A stretch of 63,758 nucleotides of DNA, counting the filler, from Streblomastix strix (lineage: Eukaryota), in assembly GCA_008636045.1 (NCBI GenBank). It is 4 parts of 4 records of this genome, joined end to end, with 100 filler letters (N's around TTAATTAATTAA, not from the genome) between each part and the next. Parts side by side here need not be neighbours in the genome. Positions count along the whole stretch, not along the records: positions 1 to 15,873 come from SNRW01000916.1; 3 more parts are not named here. The stretch is one strand, 5' to 3'. Within the stretch, counting starts at the first letter, position 1; every line of letters starts with the position of its first letter. The notes under the pieces were generated by a model. The model worked only from the letters and a program-made list of their open reading frames with translations, did no database searches and was not told the DNA's origin. A program made the translations under genes and the position numbers. Shown here one piece after another: positions 1 through 14,672 of the stretch.

Positions 1-2684
1 AATATATCTAATGCACATTTCTTAATATCAATATTTCTTCCTTTAATTATATTATTAATCACTTTCAGAAAATCATTTGCTGTGATGTTTGAATGATTGG
101 CTGAATAATAAGAAATTTTATAAAAAAATCAAATTTATAAATATCTTAATCATAACAATATTTATTAATCAAATTAATTCTAAATTTATTTATCATCTTT
201 AAACCTTAAGCCATTGCAAGTCCTGCCAAAGCTTGAAGAGCATAATTTATATTCGATGTATTTTATGTATTAGTCTTAATTTCCTAATGAAGTTGGTTGG
301 TAACAATAGATTGCATTTCTTTTGGAAGAGCAGCTCCTTTGAAATGAAAATAAAACATTAAATAATAAAAATAAACAATAAATTACTTATTATTATTAAT
401 TAAAATAAGCAAACCTCCATAAAGCCATCCAATCATAATAGCAGCTTATGAATCTGATTCTTTTCCACCAGTCCTTTAAAGTCCAAATTCAAATAATTTA
501 TTAATAATTCCACATCTCTTTAATTCTAATAAATAAGGATGCGGTTAAAGAATAGTAAATGAAGACTAATTAACTGGTTATCTTTTAATTCCAGTTCTAA
601 CAAGGAAGAAAACTATGCTCTATGTCTAAAGTGAAACTTCATTATTTGTGTTATATAAATTAGGAGCTAAGACCTATTAAATAAAATAGATAAAGATATA
701 AAATAAAGATGATTGAATTTATTTATAAAAAAAAATATTATATATCTATTATAAAAAAAGATAATAAAAACCTCTAAAATTCCCTCAACAATCAAAAGAT
801 CCCTATGAGGAACAGTTGAAACATATATTAGATTACCTAATGTTCTGATATAAACAGATTTTGTTTTGTTCAGAATATTCATACGTCGAACAAGATTTAT
901 TAGTTTTCTAGGAATTAATGTAGACATAATATTACTGACTACAAATGGATTCTTAAATGTTATAGATCTTATTGCTTCAGTTATATCATCTACTACTCTT
1001 ATGAATAATGCAATATTCTAATCATTTCCTTATTAAGCCAATCCAGCATCAATAATTGAATCAAGTAAATCTTCTAATTCTTTTAATTTCTTTTATTTAA
1101 TAAAATTATTTATTTTATCATCATACATTATGTCTGATTCATTTGGTATTAAATATTTAATTTTCTTTAATCTATCTTCACAATTTAATAAATTATTTGA
1201 AGATTATTATTATGTAGGAGGAGGACTTGAAGAAGAAGGAATATAAGAGAATTAAGGAGGAGGTGATTTAGAAGATTTAGATAATTATTTAGAATAAGAT
1301 GAATATTATTATTATGTATGAATATTAATATTAATATTAGAGGATTAATTAGTATTTGATTATTATGAAGGAGGAGGAGGAGGAAGAGGAAATAATGATT
1401 AGGATATTATTGATTATGGGGATGAAGTTGATGTTGGTTAAAATATATGAATTTGTTATTCAATACTTTGAACTTATTATGGAATTTCTGATTATAATGG
1501 TTATGATTTTTGTATTTGTGGTTATACAGCTGGAAGAATATTTTGAGGAGGAGGTGGAAAATTTTGTGATTTAACATTTTAATTGGTTTAAATTAGAGGA
1601 CTTTAATGTTTCATTTCATTTTTCTTTTCTTTTTCTTTCCCAATTTTACTTATATCAATTTATTAATCTATTTTCCATTATAATAGAAGTAATAATCCCT
1701 TCCATTTCCTCTCCAACTCTCCTCCAACATCTTTCCCTATTTATCCCAACCTTTATAATGATTAAATTAACTCTTTTACACCTGGAGCTTCTGATATCTC
1801 TTTTTAGGTAATAAATTCCCATTAACTTACAATTTGATTCACTACACTCAGAAGATTCGACTTCACATGAATAGCAACACTTTCTGATATTACTGCCTGT
1901 GAAGCTGTCAATAAAATGGTACTCTGTGCTAATGTTTTCAAGGCTTCTTGGCTCTTCCTTATTATACTCTAGAATCCGGATTCAGCTTAATTTGATACCC
2001 CTTCATCTACAGACTAAATTTGAATAAAAATGCGAAATGATAATTTAAATTTAAACTGTCACACATGTATCATCTCAATCAACATTGCAAATGTGCCATG
2101 CCAGCACGATTCTTTTGCTGTTTCTCCTTCACGACCAGCTATCAAAGCCAATACGCTCCTGCATAGCGCCTACATAGAAAACAGTCAATATATTTTAAAA
2201 ATGCAAATGAATACCTTTATATCAATATTATCATATTGCACAAGCAAGTCGCAAACTGTAAGCGTAAGGCCGGATGATCTTACAGCTAAAGTACTTTCCG
2301 AAACTGTCGCATATCAAACAAAAGAAAAATAAAATAATCTATTTAAATAAGTATATTTTATTATATACATACTTTATGCAAGAATATTAATAGTACTTAC
2401 AAGTAGCTCGCGGATTTTTTTAGGATTTTTTGCGCCACGCATTTATCCCGCTAGCCAAACTAATTCTTCTCTCAGATCCTATAATATTAATGAATTATAT
2501 ATTATAGTTGTAATTATTTAAATATTAACGAAAATAAAAGAGTAAAAATATGATTTAAACGCAGATTTTTGTTCTTTACAATTTTCAATCACACCTCTTC
2601 TGTAATTTCCTATTCACCCTATTCCACATTACCACCATCTACGGCTTCTTCCCGTTGAATACCTTCAGTCTTCTTATTGTTCAT
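1..2684 (-). CDS. Hypothetical multi-exon protein with low-complexity P/Q/N middle and C-terminal ARM-like helical repeat domain (3' end at or beyond contig edge)
   Basis: ATG at 2684 (MNNKKTEGIQREEA...). Short exons are separated by AT-rich GT-AG introns. With TAA/TAG=Gln the last exons read KGAALPKEMQSIVTNQLHQEIK...YALQALAGLAMAQ, resembling the helical repeats seen elsewhere in this window. Confidence 0.6.
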
Positions 2685-2972
2685 CTCGTGTCGCACACTG
2701 CCAAAAGTTTCAAAGTAAAAGTTATTTTTAGACAAAACGATATTATTTCTAACATTGTTTTATCACTAGTTTTATTCATAGATACTTTTTCTACTAATTA
2801 TTAAGGGAAATATGTTCTAATGCTTGATGTTAAGCTCAGGACTTCAATCAAAATAATGAAAAGATCATTCTAACTCAAATCAAATAAAATTTTAACCTTT
2901 CTTTATATTAGATTGAATTAACTATTGACTTATTTATTGCAAAGATGAAGTTAAATATATAGTTATTTGAAA

Positions 2973-5900
2973 TCATACATGAGCTTTTTCTACAAGAGCA
3001 AGTGAGAAAAAAAGTCGGAAATTAGGTGGAAATAATCGACTAGTTTCAAAGCCTGTATCAAATGATGGGAGGAGAGTAAGCCACAGCCCAAATATCCGAA
3101 TATATGAGAGACAATTATTAATATGTGCATAAATGTAGGGAGAATCTGTATTTTTCTTGTATACTGTAAATGTTTTCTCTCCTCCAGCAATAAATAACAA
3201 ACCCAGAGCCAGATGAATTAATTGCATCTGTGAGAAGTGAGCAATGCTTGGCATGTCTGAATCTACTGTTGGTCGTGGTGGTGGCATTGCAAAATCATTC
3301 TGCGGTGGCTGTTCCTTGATCAAAACTGCTGTACGTGATATTGTTTCCGAACTTGCATATAGATCCTTTCCAGCAAATAATAATAATGGTTTCAGCACTT
3401 TAGCATTGCCAGTACCAGCTGCTACAACAGATAGACCGAGATATACATGTGTTGTTAAGCTTGAACTAACATGAGGAGTGACATGAAAATAACAGTGTCG
3501 GTTATTCTACTCGAAATGATTATCTTTGATTATATCATATTTATTGTGAAATGATTGAAATGAAGATTTATGGTTATTTGTAGGTGGTGAATTTATAGTG
3601 TTTGTGTTTTATGATTCAAATTGTGTTTGATGGAGAATTTAATAATAATTTTCTTTATTTGAAGAATCATATATGCCATCATCCAAATCAGCAAGAAGTA
3701 ATTATACATCGTTCATTACATCATCTATAACTTATTTTGTACTTTTCTATTCTAGTTTGCGACCTTTTAAAATTAAACCATCAGCTTATTTAAGGATTAA
3801 ATCAATTTTATCTTCATCTTCTTCTTTAATGACTGTATCAAAAATTTCGTCTTCATTAACCACATTATTATCTTTTTAATCATTATTTTAATCTTTAACC
3901 ATTGTTCCAACTTTGATTTATTCAGTTTAGTTTATTTCCTCAATAAGATCGAATGCATTGATTATCTCCACTGACATAATATGACTGAGCCACAGAAGGC
4001 AATCAATAACATTATTGTCATTGGATCCAGCAAATTTCAAAGCAAGAGCATTCCCTCTTCCTGTTAATCCAACAAGAGTGTTTAGAAGAATTGATTCCAT
4101 ATCAAATTCAGCACAAGATGTTAATAGAGGACTGAGTTTCTTCTCTTTTCTATCACCTTAGTCTTACTCATTCTCATTTATAAGTCTCTACCTTTCACAT
4201 GCAATTCTTAATGTATCCTAAACAACTTCTGGAATACAAGATCTCAACCAAGCCTTAGATGGAATAATATTATCCCAATCAATTAATGCAGTTCCCATCG
4301 CTCTAAGATAAACAGCTTCTGGTGAGAGTGCAGCAAAATTAGATAAATTCTCTGGTAGATTCAAAGCTTAAATAACTTCTTAAGCTCCAGTTCCCAAATA
4401 TATTAAAGTTAAAGCAGTTATTGCTCCAAGTGAAACAGCATTTGAATTACATGATGGACCTCTACACTTACTTCCTCCAGCTATCCATTGCATGCATTTA
4501 ATTCCAGGTCCATATAATTCAGCTCCACTCATCAAAGATGGGTGTTGTGCTGAAGTTGGAACTATTCCCTCATTCTCAGCCAATACTTCTCCATCTTCTC
4601 CTTCCCAACCATTTGTATTGTTTGAATCTCTTGATTAATTATTATTGGGTTGTTATTGATCTGTGGTATTTGTATGTTGTTAATTATTATTACTTCTTAT
4701 TCCAAGAAAAGATTGAAGAAGTGGATCTTAAAGTTGTCGTTATTAATTAGAAGATGCTAATGAAGTTGAATTTTTGCGTGTCGTTTCTTATTCTTATTAA
4801 TGAATTGATGTTGGATTCGATTATGAAATGATTGGATTTGTTTAATCTCTCTCGTTTTATTCAGGAGCTAATTATGTAGAAGAAGATTATTTTAAATCTG
4901 GTGTAAGGTTTAATTGATTCTGTTTTGGAGGAGGTTTTAATTGGAGAGCATAATCCAATGTAGTTCTAATGATCCTTCTATGTTCCTAAATTAAAACATT
5001 TCCTGTGTCATCACCAAACATCTTTATTTCATTTCTTCCTCCTGTTCCATTTCTTCCCCAATTTCTGCCATTTCCAGCAAAGTTTGGATTTGTATCTATG
5101 TTTGTATGATGTGTATATGGTATGTGTGATATTCCATGTGTTATCATATGAAGTGATGCAAATGGATTCATATTCTGCAATGGACCAGGAGTTAGTTTCT
5201 CGCTCCATATAGACTCAGGAGCAGCAGATAGTAATTGAGATATTGATGATTGAGCAGATGAAGTAAGAGATGGTTAGTATGAGGATGACATTAATGAAGA
5301 AGTGACACTGAATGGATTTGATCTTATTTACTCTCCATCTAATGAACTTGTTGATCCAATACTGTTATTAGTCCATGAATCAATTAATGGATCAGTGATT
5401 CCTACAAGTGCACCTTCTAATAGAGAGCTATCCATTATATCTGCAAATTCATTAGGATCGAGTACAATCCTCTGTGGTTTTCCTGCTAATTAAGATATTG
5501 ATTCTTGAATTCTTTATGCTTATTTGATTGTGTTTGTTAATCCAAGAATAGAGTCAATGTTGGAAAGAGCAGAGTTAATATCATATTTCTCATAATTCTA
5601 CTCTGTTCTTTAAATATCAAAACTTGGCATATGTGAAGATGAATATGAAACAGGATCATTGGACTTAAGCCAAGGAGGAAGAATCTGTTGGCTTACTGAT
5701 TAAAATTAATTTATTAATTATAAATAAATAATAAAATTATTAGTTAATATAAAATAAATATCAATTAATAATCTGATTCATACATTAAATAGGTATTGTA
5801 TTCAACCTAATTTCATTTCCACTAATACTATTCAAAGGATCATCATTCATTCTGACGTTTTATTATAGCATTTTAATCCATTCTAATTCATATTCATCTT

Positions 5901-8547
5901 CTAATTATTAAACATCTTCAGCATCTTCATAATCTTCTTCATTAATTAATAAATCCATGTTTTATATATCAAATTTATTATTATCAAAATCTTTATCTAA
6001 TAAATATGGATTTTCATTCTGTTAATTATTAATTTTTCTAATTTTCTTCTTTCTTATACATCCACGAAAAGCAATTAGAGAAATAAGTTTATTTGTTATG
6101 TCCAAATCACAAAGACCTATTTTCATTTCATCGTCTTCTCCCATTCCAAGAAGTATTAATCCTGAAATTAATTAAAATATATAATGAGAGAATATAAACT
6201 CATATTAATAACATATGAATAAATATTACATTCAATCCAACCTAATGAAACACCAGCACTAATAGACACACTTGTAGCCTATGGGTGTCTTCTACTTACA
6301 TGAACCATTCTAATCTCTTCTTAAATTAACTTCTCAATCAAATCTCTTCTTCCTGATCTGCAGCACAATAAACCTAAGCCGATAAATGCAGATGGAGTAA
6401 CATCTGGATGAAAATTCTAAATTAATATAGAATAAGAGAATGATTAATAATATAAATGACTATTTTCAAACAGATTTATATCCTTAACATTATTCTCTAT
6501 TTGTCAATGAAGCTATTTACGTCATGGCAAAATCAATTCCGGCGTTAATTGTAGGAGAGTCATTAAGTTTAATTAGTGAAAATGGATCTATTTGATTAAT
6601 TATATTGTCAGTATTCTTAAATTGTCTTTTGTTTTCAATCTAATCAAGTTCATTCTTTACTTCTACCGAGAGAGAAAGTGCAACACCTACAAGCAATGAA
6701 CTAAGCAATTTGGTATTCGACTTGAAATAATAATGGAAATTATTATAAATAAAAATAATGCAAAATAAATAAATTTATAAATTTATACTTCAAATGAAAG
6801 AGCAAGAATATCAGCTCTAAGAAGAGGAGAAAATTATCTGCATAATCCAAGTCCAAAGAAAAATCCTGCTTTTATGCTTGGTAAGAGGCTCTAACTTCTC
6901 AAAGTACTTAAAAGCCATGTTCGAGATATATTTGAGTCCATATGTTGGGTGTGTGATATAGCAGCAGATGCTCCAATGAAGAAATGTGGCCAAACAAGCA
7001 CAGCTCCCTTCAATCGTACTTTAGTTAGTTCGATTGGAACTTTTCCTGGCATCAGTATCCCGCATGTATTCAATGAATTTGTTCCAAGATGGTACTAATA
7101 GCCAGTGTTTCGAGATGCAAACGCAAGACATGTTCGACCTCCTACGACTGATAATTTTCGAAATATGAACAACAGGAGTTTCGCTTATACAGTAAGTAAA
7201 TCTTCCTCATTTAATTCCGAGCGAGATGGTTTACTAATACTAATGGGCTGAGTTGAGTCAAGAAGTTGTAGAACACATTACCATCGGATTTCTTAAGTTA
7301 TGAGTCTTTATTCTATAATAAAAATAAAAGAAAATTATTAGTGTAAAAAATCTTATGAATACTTGTGCATTATATGCTATTGTTTGAATCTGCTATTCAT
7401 ACTAATCATGTTGAAAGGTCCTTAACTTGTTTCAATTCAATAAATTTTACATCGTCAGTTCGGTCAAAAGCGGTGTTAGTTTGTTATGTTCGCTTTACAA
7501 ATTCTTCCCAATCAATATCGCTCGCTGGAGCATAATCGTCAAAATCCATGTATCAAAGAGTATTCTATAAATTTTCCTACAATTTTTAAATAAAATATAA
7601 TATTTAAATATCAATTTAATAATTCGGAACAAATTCTACGAGTGATTTTTGTTCCAAATTTTAGATATCTCATTTTATCGGTCATTAATAAATAATTTGA
7701 GTACTATTTCCTTTTGATATATTAATAAACATTGCAATTAACAACATTAAAATAAAAAGTTGGAAAATTGATAAATCAGAGGATTGTACAGAATTTTTCG
7801 ACTTTCACTTCAAATTCCTTAATAAAAAGATATGCATCAGCTTTGGTTTGTTTTTATCCTAAATGGTAATAATCTCTAAAATTTGTTAAAATATTAATAA
7901 TTAATCAAATTAAATGATTCAAATTCAAACTTTATCAAGCCAGATTGTTTGAAACCTAGAGACAAATATAGTTTACGAGCCGCGTAATTAGATGTTAAAG
8001 CATGTAGATGCATTGCAATGCAGTTTTACACTCTTCTTTTTGTCTCTTCTATTGCTCCTTATACGAGTTATGAACCCAGTCTCCTCATTCTCCATTCCTT
8101 ACGAACACCAATAAGAATAATGTGCGCAAGAGCTTGAGTTCCAAACCAACTCTTCTTCGCACTTATTAAACTCCATCCTATTCTCTAAATAAAAATAATA
8201 AACGATTTACTAGAAATTTATGATATGCAAACATCAAGTTCGCTGTCGGGTTCATAAGTAACAATTATCATCGCAGCTAAATTTCTTTACTGTGGTGGAT
8301 CTTAACTTTATACTTTTTTCTTTTTCTTTTTCTTTTGGCTTTTTTATAGCTTTTCAGTATTATTTTCTTATTCATTCTTAGAAACATTTTTCTTCACATA
8401 TACACAAGTATATGTATTTGATGGTGAATTGCACATTTCATGGCTAAGTTATCGCGGGTAATGAACAGGAAAAAGCTCCTCAAACATCTGTGCTAACTCT
8501 TCTTCATCTTCTGGCAATAAAGAACGCTGTTCTAATTCAGTGTCCAT
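2973..8547 (-). CDS. APC1: Anaphase-promoting complex subunit 1 (multi-exon)
   Basis: Successive APC1 PC-repeat motifs: RVLQLLDSTQPISI, WPHFFIGASAAI, HKAGFFFGLGL, ISAGVSLGLILLGMG, GAITALTLIYLGTG, GNALALKFAGS, IHLALGLLFIAGG. TGA stop at 2973-2975. The 5' exons up to the ATG at 8547 are assigned by continuity only. Confidence 0.8.
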
Positions 8548-9620
8548 AACTTAAAAGTAAAAAAGAAGATAGATAGGATTTTAATTATATTTTATTAAAT
8601 AAATGTGAAATTTTAAATTAATTTAATATCTTGTATAGAAGATGTGGGCATTTTATTGTTAAAAAACTTTGTAAACGATTTCGTTGATAAAAAGATATAA
8701 GTCATATAAAAATATGAATTGAATATTTGTAAAACAATATAATTGTTTTGAATGTAAATAAAAAAATTGATATTTATTATATGGAATAATAAAAATTAAC
8801 TATTTTATATTTTTATTTTGTAGAAGCTTCTCCTTCTAATACAATATATTATTTGATACATTGTAAGTGTTTACAAATAATTAAATAATATATATTCTTA
8901 ATTTTATCAGATAATAATGTAATTGTAGTACCCTAGATTAAATAAATTTTCCAATTTTTATTTTCTTTTTATTGACTAATCATTAATATTGAATTTAAAT
9001 TAATCAACCTTCTTCCTTTTTCTTTTGTTTTGCAATTGCTAAACAACCAGATCACAAGTGATCAATCCCACAAAAATACCCTCTTGACTTTTTATCCGGT
9101 TTATTCACACAAGAAATGAACTAAAATGGTTTGCTAGATAGCCAGATTAGGCGGGACCTGAATTTTCAGAAATACTAGAATCTTCAGCCTCCCTAAATTA
9201 CTTCAAATAAAATTATTAAATAAATTTTTCGAATTTTATTTTCATATTTCAATTAATATATTTTTATATTCCTTATCAAATAGTGACTTGGAACAGTTGA
9301 ATTTATAAGAAATTTTTATATTTTAATGAACTTTCTTTAAAAAATAATCTGAATGATTAAGAGCTGATATGATATAAAAATTTTAGTTGTTTATATTTTT
9401 TTATTCAAACTCAAGTCGAGTTCACATTTTGGAAATGATTACGAAAGTATTAAATATACAATCCTCAGTTTGGCTTTCTAATATATGATAATATTAAATT
9501 AAAATAATAAAGATGCAAAGTGCAACAAATAAATGAATCATTATTAGAAATTTTTATAATTTTAATTTATACAATAATCTTTTATTATTATTTAAGAAAT
9601 TCAGGAAGTTATATTTACAT

Positions 9621-10329
9621 TCATCTAGAACTACAAGCACAGCAATAGCAAGGCTTTTCATCATGAATATCGTGAGTATGTGATTTGAACGGAGAATTTG
9701 GACCAATTGGATCTACACTATCCTTAGGTCGATATCTTAAAATAGGATCGTCAAATACACCTCCCGTGCCTGTATAATCGCGCTAATTCGTAGAATCTTT
9801 GTTTTTTAGTGGTCCTGTTTCGATAGGCTGTTGAAAATCGCGGACACGCGTTGGATAGTCATCTTATTTTTGAATGTTAAATTATTATTTTTAATTGAAA
9901 ATTATTTAGACGAACAGAAAAACGCGTTTAGTGCCAGCAATAGGAAATTCAATTAAAAATTTTTATAAAATCATTTTATAATAAATTTTATCGATCTTTA
10001 TTTAAATTTTTTTAGTTATATTTCGAATTTTTTTTTGTTTGAGCTTTAATATTAATTTATTATCTAATGTTCTTTATTAATTCTATTTTTAAAACTTCTT
10101 ATTCTACTGATTCAATAACCTTTATTTTTCTTCAAAATATTAATTTTAATTCATTCATTAATAGCATGATTCTTTTGAATTAAATAGATTTATCAAATCA
10201 TCCAAATTTTAAAAAAATATATTTTCTTTATATCTCTTTTCTCTTTGTAGTGAAACATAAATTTCGATCAGATAATTTCTTATATTCAATAACATCATCA
10301 TTTTTTTATCGCATCGAAGTTTCACTCAT
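9621..10329 (-). CDS. Small hypothetical protein with Cys-rich C-terminus (start uncertain)
   Basis: GC-richer last exon reads DYPTRVRDFQQPIETGP...GTGGVFDDPILRYRPKDSVDPIGPNSPFKSH...KPCYCCACSSR-TGA (9621). Upstream exon structure is not resolved. Confidence 0.35.
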
Positions 10330-10849
10330 TTATAATTATCTAACTTTGTTTCTTTAAATTGTAATAAATATCAATTGCAATTAATATCATAATAAGTTAT
10401 TTTGCTTGAACTTTCTGTTGGGCAAATAATTAATTGAAATATAATGATATAATCTATATTTTTAAAGAATTATAAAACATTCAATAAAAATCATTTAAAA
10501 TTAAAATAAATTTCAATTAAATATTCTTAAAAACTTATCAATTACCAAATAACACAAAATTTATTATAAATATAAAAAAATATTTAGATACTATTATAAT
10601 ATTATTAAAAAAGTTTAAGATTTCAATAAATAAATAAAATTAATAAGTTTAATTTTTACTTTTTAATTTGAAAAGTTGCATTATATGAGGAATTGGTATA
10701 CCCATGGGAAAAATGATTTTTTCTGTGTTTCTGAAGATATCAAATAAAATAGTAATTATTTTGTTTAATAATAAATGTATGAAATACTTAGCCCAACGTA
10801 AATACATAATGCACCCATCAAAATGAAATTATTAATAATCAATAAATAT

Positions 10850-11551
10850 TTATTTTGTATAGTTTATGTTTATATCAAGCCATAGATATACCTGGTTGAC
10901 AAGAAAGTGAATCAAATTTTTTTTACAAAATCTAAATATTTAGTTGCTATCCACAATATCTTTTCTAGAATCAATTAGAGGACTTTCAGTCTTATCTCAC
11001 GCCATCCAGTAGTTATTTCATTGCATTGAGAGAGTAGATTTATTAATTTTTATGGAATTTTATCCGCTTTTGTAAAAGATCATACTTCAATTTCTTCTTT
11101 GGTATATAGACTATCATAATAGATTATTCAAATTTTACAAGAATAATCATTAACCTAGCAATTTCTGCACAGCGGGATGTTGTGAATATTTAGAGTAGAG
11201 TTGTTACATCTTCAATTTCTTATTCTATAAATTCTCGAATTTTCATCATTTCTTTCGAAGTTACGAACGAAATTGATATCTCAAGCACTATTATACTTTG
11301 AACGTGGGATTTTGAACTGAAAAGAATCTGGTGAAAATAAATCGAAGAATGAAAAACCTTCTTTTGCGTAACTTTAAGCAACTAGTCAAAAGCGGAATAT
11401 CCATTTTTTTTAATAAACTTGATCTCTCACTAACAATTACTCCTTGATCCTTCAGAAAATCTTCTCTTAACTGCACATTATCCTGTAAGGCTTCTTTTAT
11501 AAAGTTTCCAGGATCATAATTATCAATATTGCATGGGTAGTAATCATCCAA
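10850..11551 (-). pseudogene. Degenerate tyrosine recombinase relic (DIRS/Crypton-type mobile element)
   Basis: Frameshifted reading includes PRSKYNSA*DINFV and TTLLQIFTTSRCAEIARL (11155-11205). These resemble the N-terminal and box I (catalytic Arg) motifs of DIRS-type tyrosine recombinases. Confidence 0.45.
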
Positions 11552-11770
11552 CTGAGAAAAAAGTTAATTTTTTTAAATAATTCAAAGCCACTTAATACTA
11601 GTGGAAAAATAATGTCAATGGATATAAATAGTACGATGAATTAGCAAAAGAAATACAATTAATTATATTAAAGAAGATGATTTTGATTGGTATAAGAATA
11701 AAGTATCCAGTGAGATATGTCATCTCTTTCATAACAAATTCACTAAATAAATTAAGCCGACGCTAGACGG

Positions 11771-12133
11771 AGTAATAATGTAAAATGAAGCCTGCCCTCG
11801 AATCAAAAATATAAAAAACTTATTCAGAGTGTAAATTATTATCCTTTAATTGTATAGACGAATTATAAGAGATATTTTAAAGAATTGTTACATAATTATT
11901 TAATAAAATTATTTATATTGATTATTCGTCATTATTGTTTATGATTAAATTTCATACTTCAAAATAATTATTTATCGTTTATGAATAAATTTACTAATAC
12001 AAAAGTGTTCCATATGAGCAATTGCATGAAATATTTGGATAGGTCGCTTTGTGGGTTAATGAATAGGAATTATTGTGTAGGTTAGCTTTCTAGTTTTTCA
12101 ATTCTCAGGCAGGCTTCATTTTACATCACTACT
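11771..12133. repeat. MITE-like inverted repeat pair (~363 bp)
   Basis: 11771-11796 AGTAATAATGTAAAATGAAGCCTGCC matches the reverse complement of 12108-12133 at 24/26, with weaker similarity extending inward. The interior is AT-rich and non-coding. No clear target site duplication. Confidence 0.55.
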
Positions 12134-12403
12134 GATAGTTCAAATCTGATGATTTGAGTGATACGTGTTAACTTATTTTGACTAAAGGACTTGGTCGAAT
12201 CAAGTTTTACAAGTGAAAATGAAATAATTGTATCGACCAATTATACGATTCATGAAATCGATTATTTGCTAAAACTAACGGTGATGAATAGTTACAGAAT
12301 CGATTAAAATGATTGTTTTTGGAATCTACACATATGATATTACCTAAGGGTGGTATAGCAGAGAGATATGAAATTTTAAGTTTTTAATGGGAATTTTGAC
12401 CTA

Positions 12404-14016
12404 CAGTTAGTCGTAGTTCCTGTAACTTTGGAATTTTTTCTAAACGATTCGTCTCATATTGCAAATAATAATGGAAAAGGACGAAGTGTTAAATGATGGA
12501 TTTAATAATCCTAAATTTATGGAAAAGCTTGAAAAACAGATGGAACCATTTGATTATTAGATGTTATAAAGGTACATCCAGGAAAGTGATCCACAAACAA
12601 AAACTGATGCAATCTGAGTTACAGGAAAGTGTTAGAAAAAAATGGATGTAGATATACCTTCATAGCTTGATATTGCAGCAGCAGCTGAATGTAATCCTAG
12701 TTTGGTATCCATGACATTGAGCAATAAGCTTAAGAAAATTGTTGAAAAAAAAGAATCCGCACTTCTTTCAGGAGATGTTGAAGGAAAGTTAGTTGAGTAA
12801 TGCTTAAAAACCATAGAACAATCGGGATATATAACTCCTATTGAAATCAGAATTAAAGCATCAACCATGGTGAGGCGCGAAGTCGGTCATTCGATGTATA
12901 TTGGATTTTTGGATAGGAACATAAACACATTCGCATATAACAATGTACATTCAGGAGAGTTGGCAAGGCTGTAAATGTAAGAAATGGATATTGAAAATTA
13001 TGAAAATACACTACAAGAACTTAGCAAAGGCGTTCCTTGTGAGCATTTTTTTATAAGCGGATGAAGTAGGCTATCAATAGTACGCAGACTCGAGATCAAA
13101 GAAAATTATAGTGAAAAAAGAAGATGAAAATAAGGTACTCCATTTTCCAATTGATAGAAGCGAGATTGGATTGTCTATAATGACTTGCGCAACATTTTCT
13201 TCGGATTTACTCAAACCGTTTCTATCTGTAAAGCGCCCATTGAATGTTGACAAATTTCTTGAGACTGAATTATGAGACAATATTGATGCAGTATTAAGCG
13301 AAGCAGAAGGAACAACAATGACAGCTTAGTTATTTCTGTGATTGCTCGATAAAGTAATTGTACCATATGTCACAAACGCATGAATTAAACTGCATTTAAC
13401 AATAAAAATAAAGGCAATACAACTTCTGGACTATTGTCCATCACACACTTCCGATGATGCTAAATTAATATTAGCCATTAATAATATAATTTTTCTCACT
13501 ATGCCACTTAACACGACACATTATCTTCAAATGTGCGATTTGGGGATATTTGGTGCTTACAAGCTCCATCAACAGACACTTCGAAGGACCAATACCCGCG
13601 ACACACCAGAATAAGTCGGAATTCTAGCTGTATCCGCTTTGCACTAAGAGATTGTACGTATCAATCTTTTTAGCAGTTTTCGAAAATCGGGACTACAGCA
13701 AAAGTGGAACGCATAACGACGAAGTTACATAGAAATATGTCATGATTCATTTATTGCTGTCGTAGAAATTATAGAGGCTGATAAATTACTACTCAAATAC
13801 ACTGGAACGAAATAAACAAGAAAATGAGCAAAAAAACTAAGCGGCAACATCAATGAGGATGAAATACTATAATTTGATTACTTAGGCCGATTTAACTGAG
13901 TGTTTATCATTTTTATTAAATAAAATAAATAATAATTATAATAATCTTATTATTTTTTTCATCAATTTATTATAATGCCAAAAAAATTACAAATTACCAG
14001 GAACTAGGTCTTCCTA
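12404..14016 (+). mobile_element. pogo/Tc5-like (Tc1/mariner superfamily) DNA transposon, decayed
   Basis: Flanked by TA at 12402-12403 and 14017-14018. The left TIR CAGTTAGTCGTAGTTCCTGTAACTTTGGAATTTTTT (12404-12439) matches the reverse complement of 13981-14016 at 27/36. Encloses a DDE_1 transposase. Confidence 0.85.
12471..13899 (+). pseudogene. HTH + DDE_1 (pogo/CENP-B-like) transposase, disrupted
   Basis: Motifs DEVGYQQY (after a frameshift near 13050), LLDYCPSH and MPLNTTHYLQMCDLGIFG. Several in-frame TGA codons. Confidence 0.85.
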
Positions 14017-14672
14017 TACCATAAAATATTATTATTTTTAATATATAGGCTAATAAAAAGTGAAAAATATAAGGAAAAATAAATGTTTTCTAATTGACTT
14101 GAGAATAAGTTCTAAGGGTAACGTTGATACATTGATCACGAATTAGATGTTAAAAGTGAGTGTTGCAACTGTTGGTTAAGATGAATTCTTGAGATTGATC
14201 ATATGGATTAGAATTGTGGATAAATTGAATGAAATGCCTATATATTGTAATTTTGTTCCAATTGTTCCACATTATGGTGCGCATGCGCTAGCGTTGCGAG
14301 TAAATGGAGTTATTTGTTTAGGTGAAACAGTTGGTACAAATGGAACAATATCAACGTTACCCTTGAAAAAGTGCTGACATATCGACATAGCTTCGTGTGA
14401 CTATTAACGGCGATAAATTGAATATAATGACCATACCAATAAATATGGCAGACAAATTGGCGATAGGACAAAATGCTTGTCTCATGTTAGTGTATATGTG
14501 CTAGCGCTGTGGATGAATTGAATAATTATCCACATAAGACAAAAGACAAGACAAGAAAAAAAATTTTACTCCTAAAAATTTAATCTGCCATTGCCATATG
14601 CTATAAATTAAATAAAATATTGTTTTAACAAACTATTTGAACTTTTTATCCATAAGCAAAAAGACAACTCAA

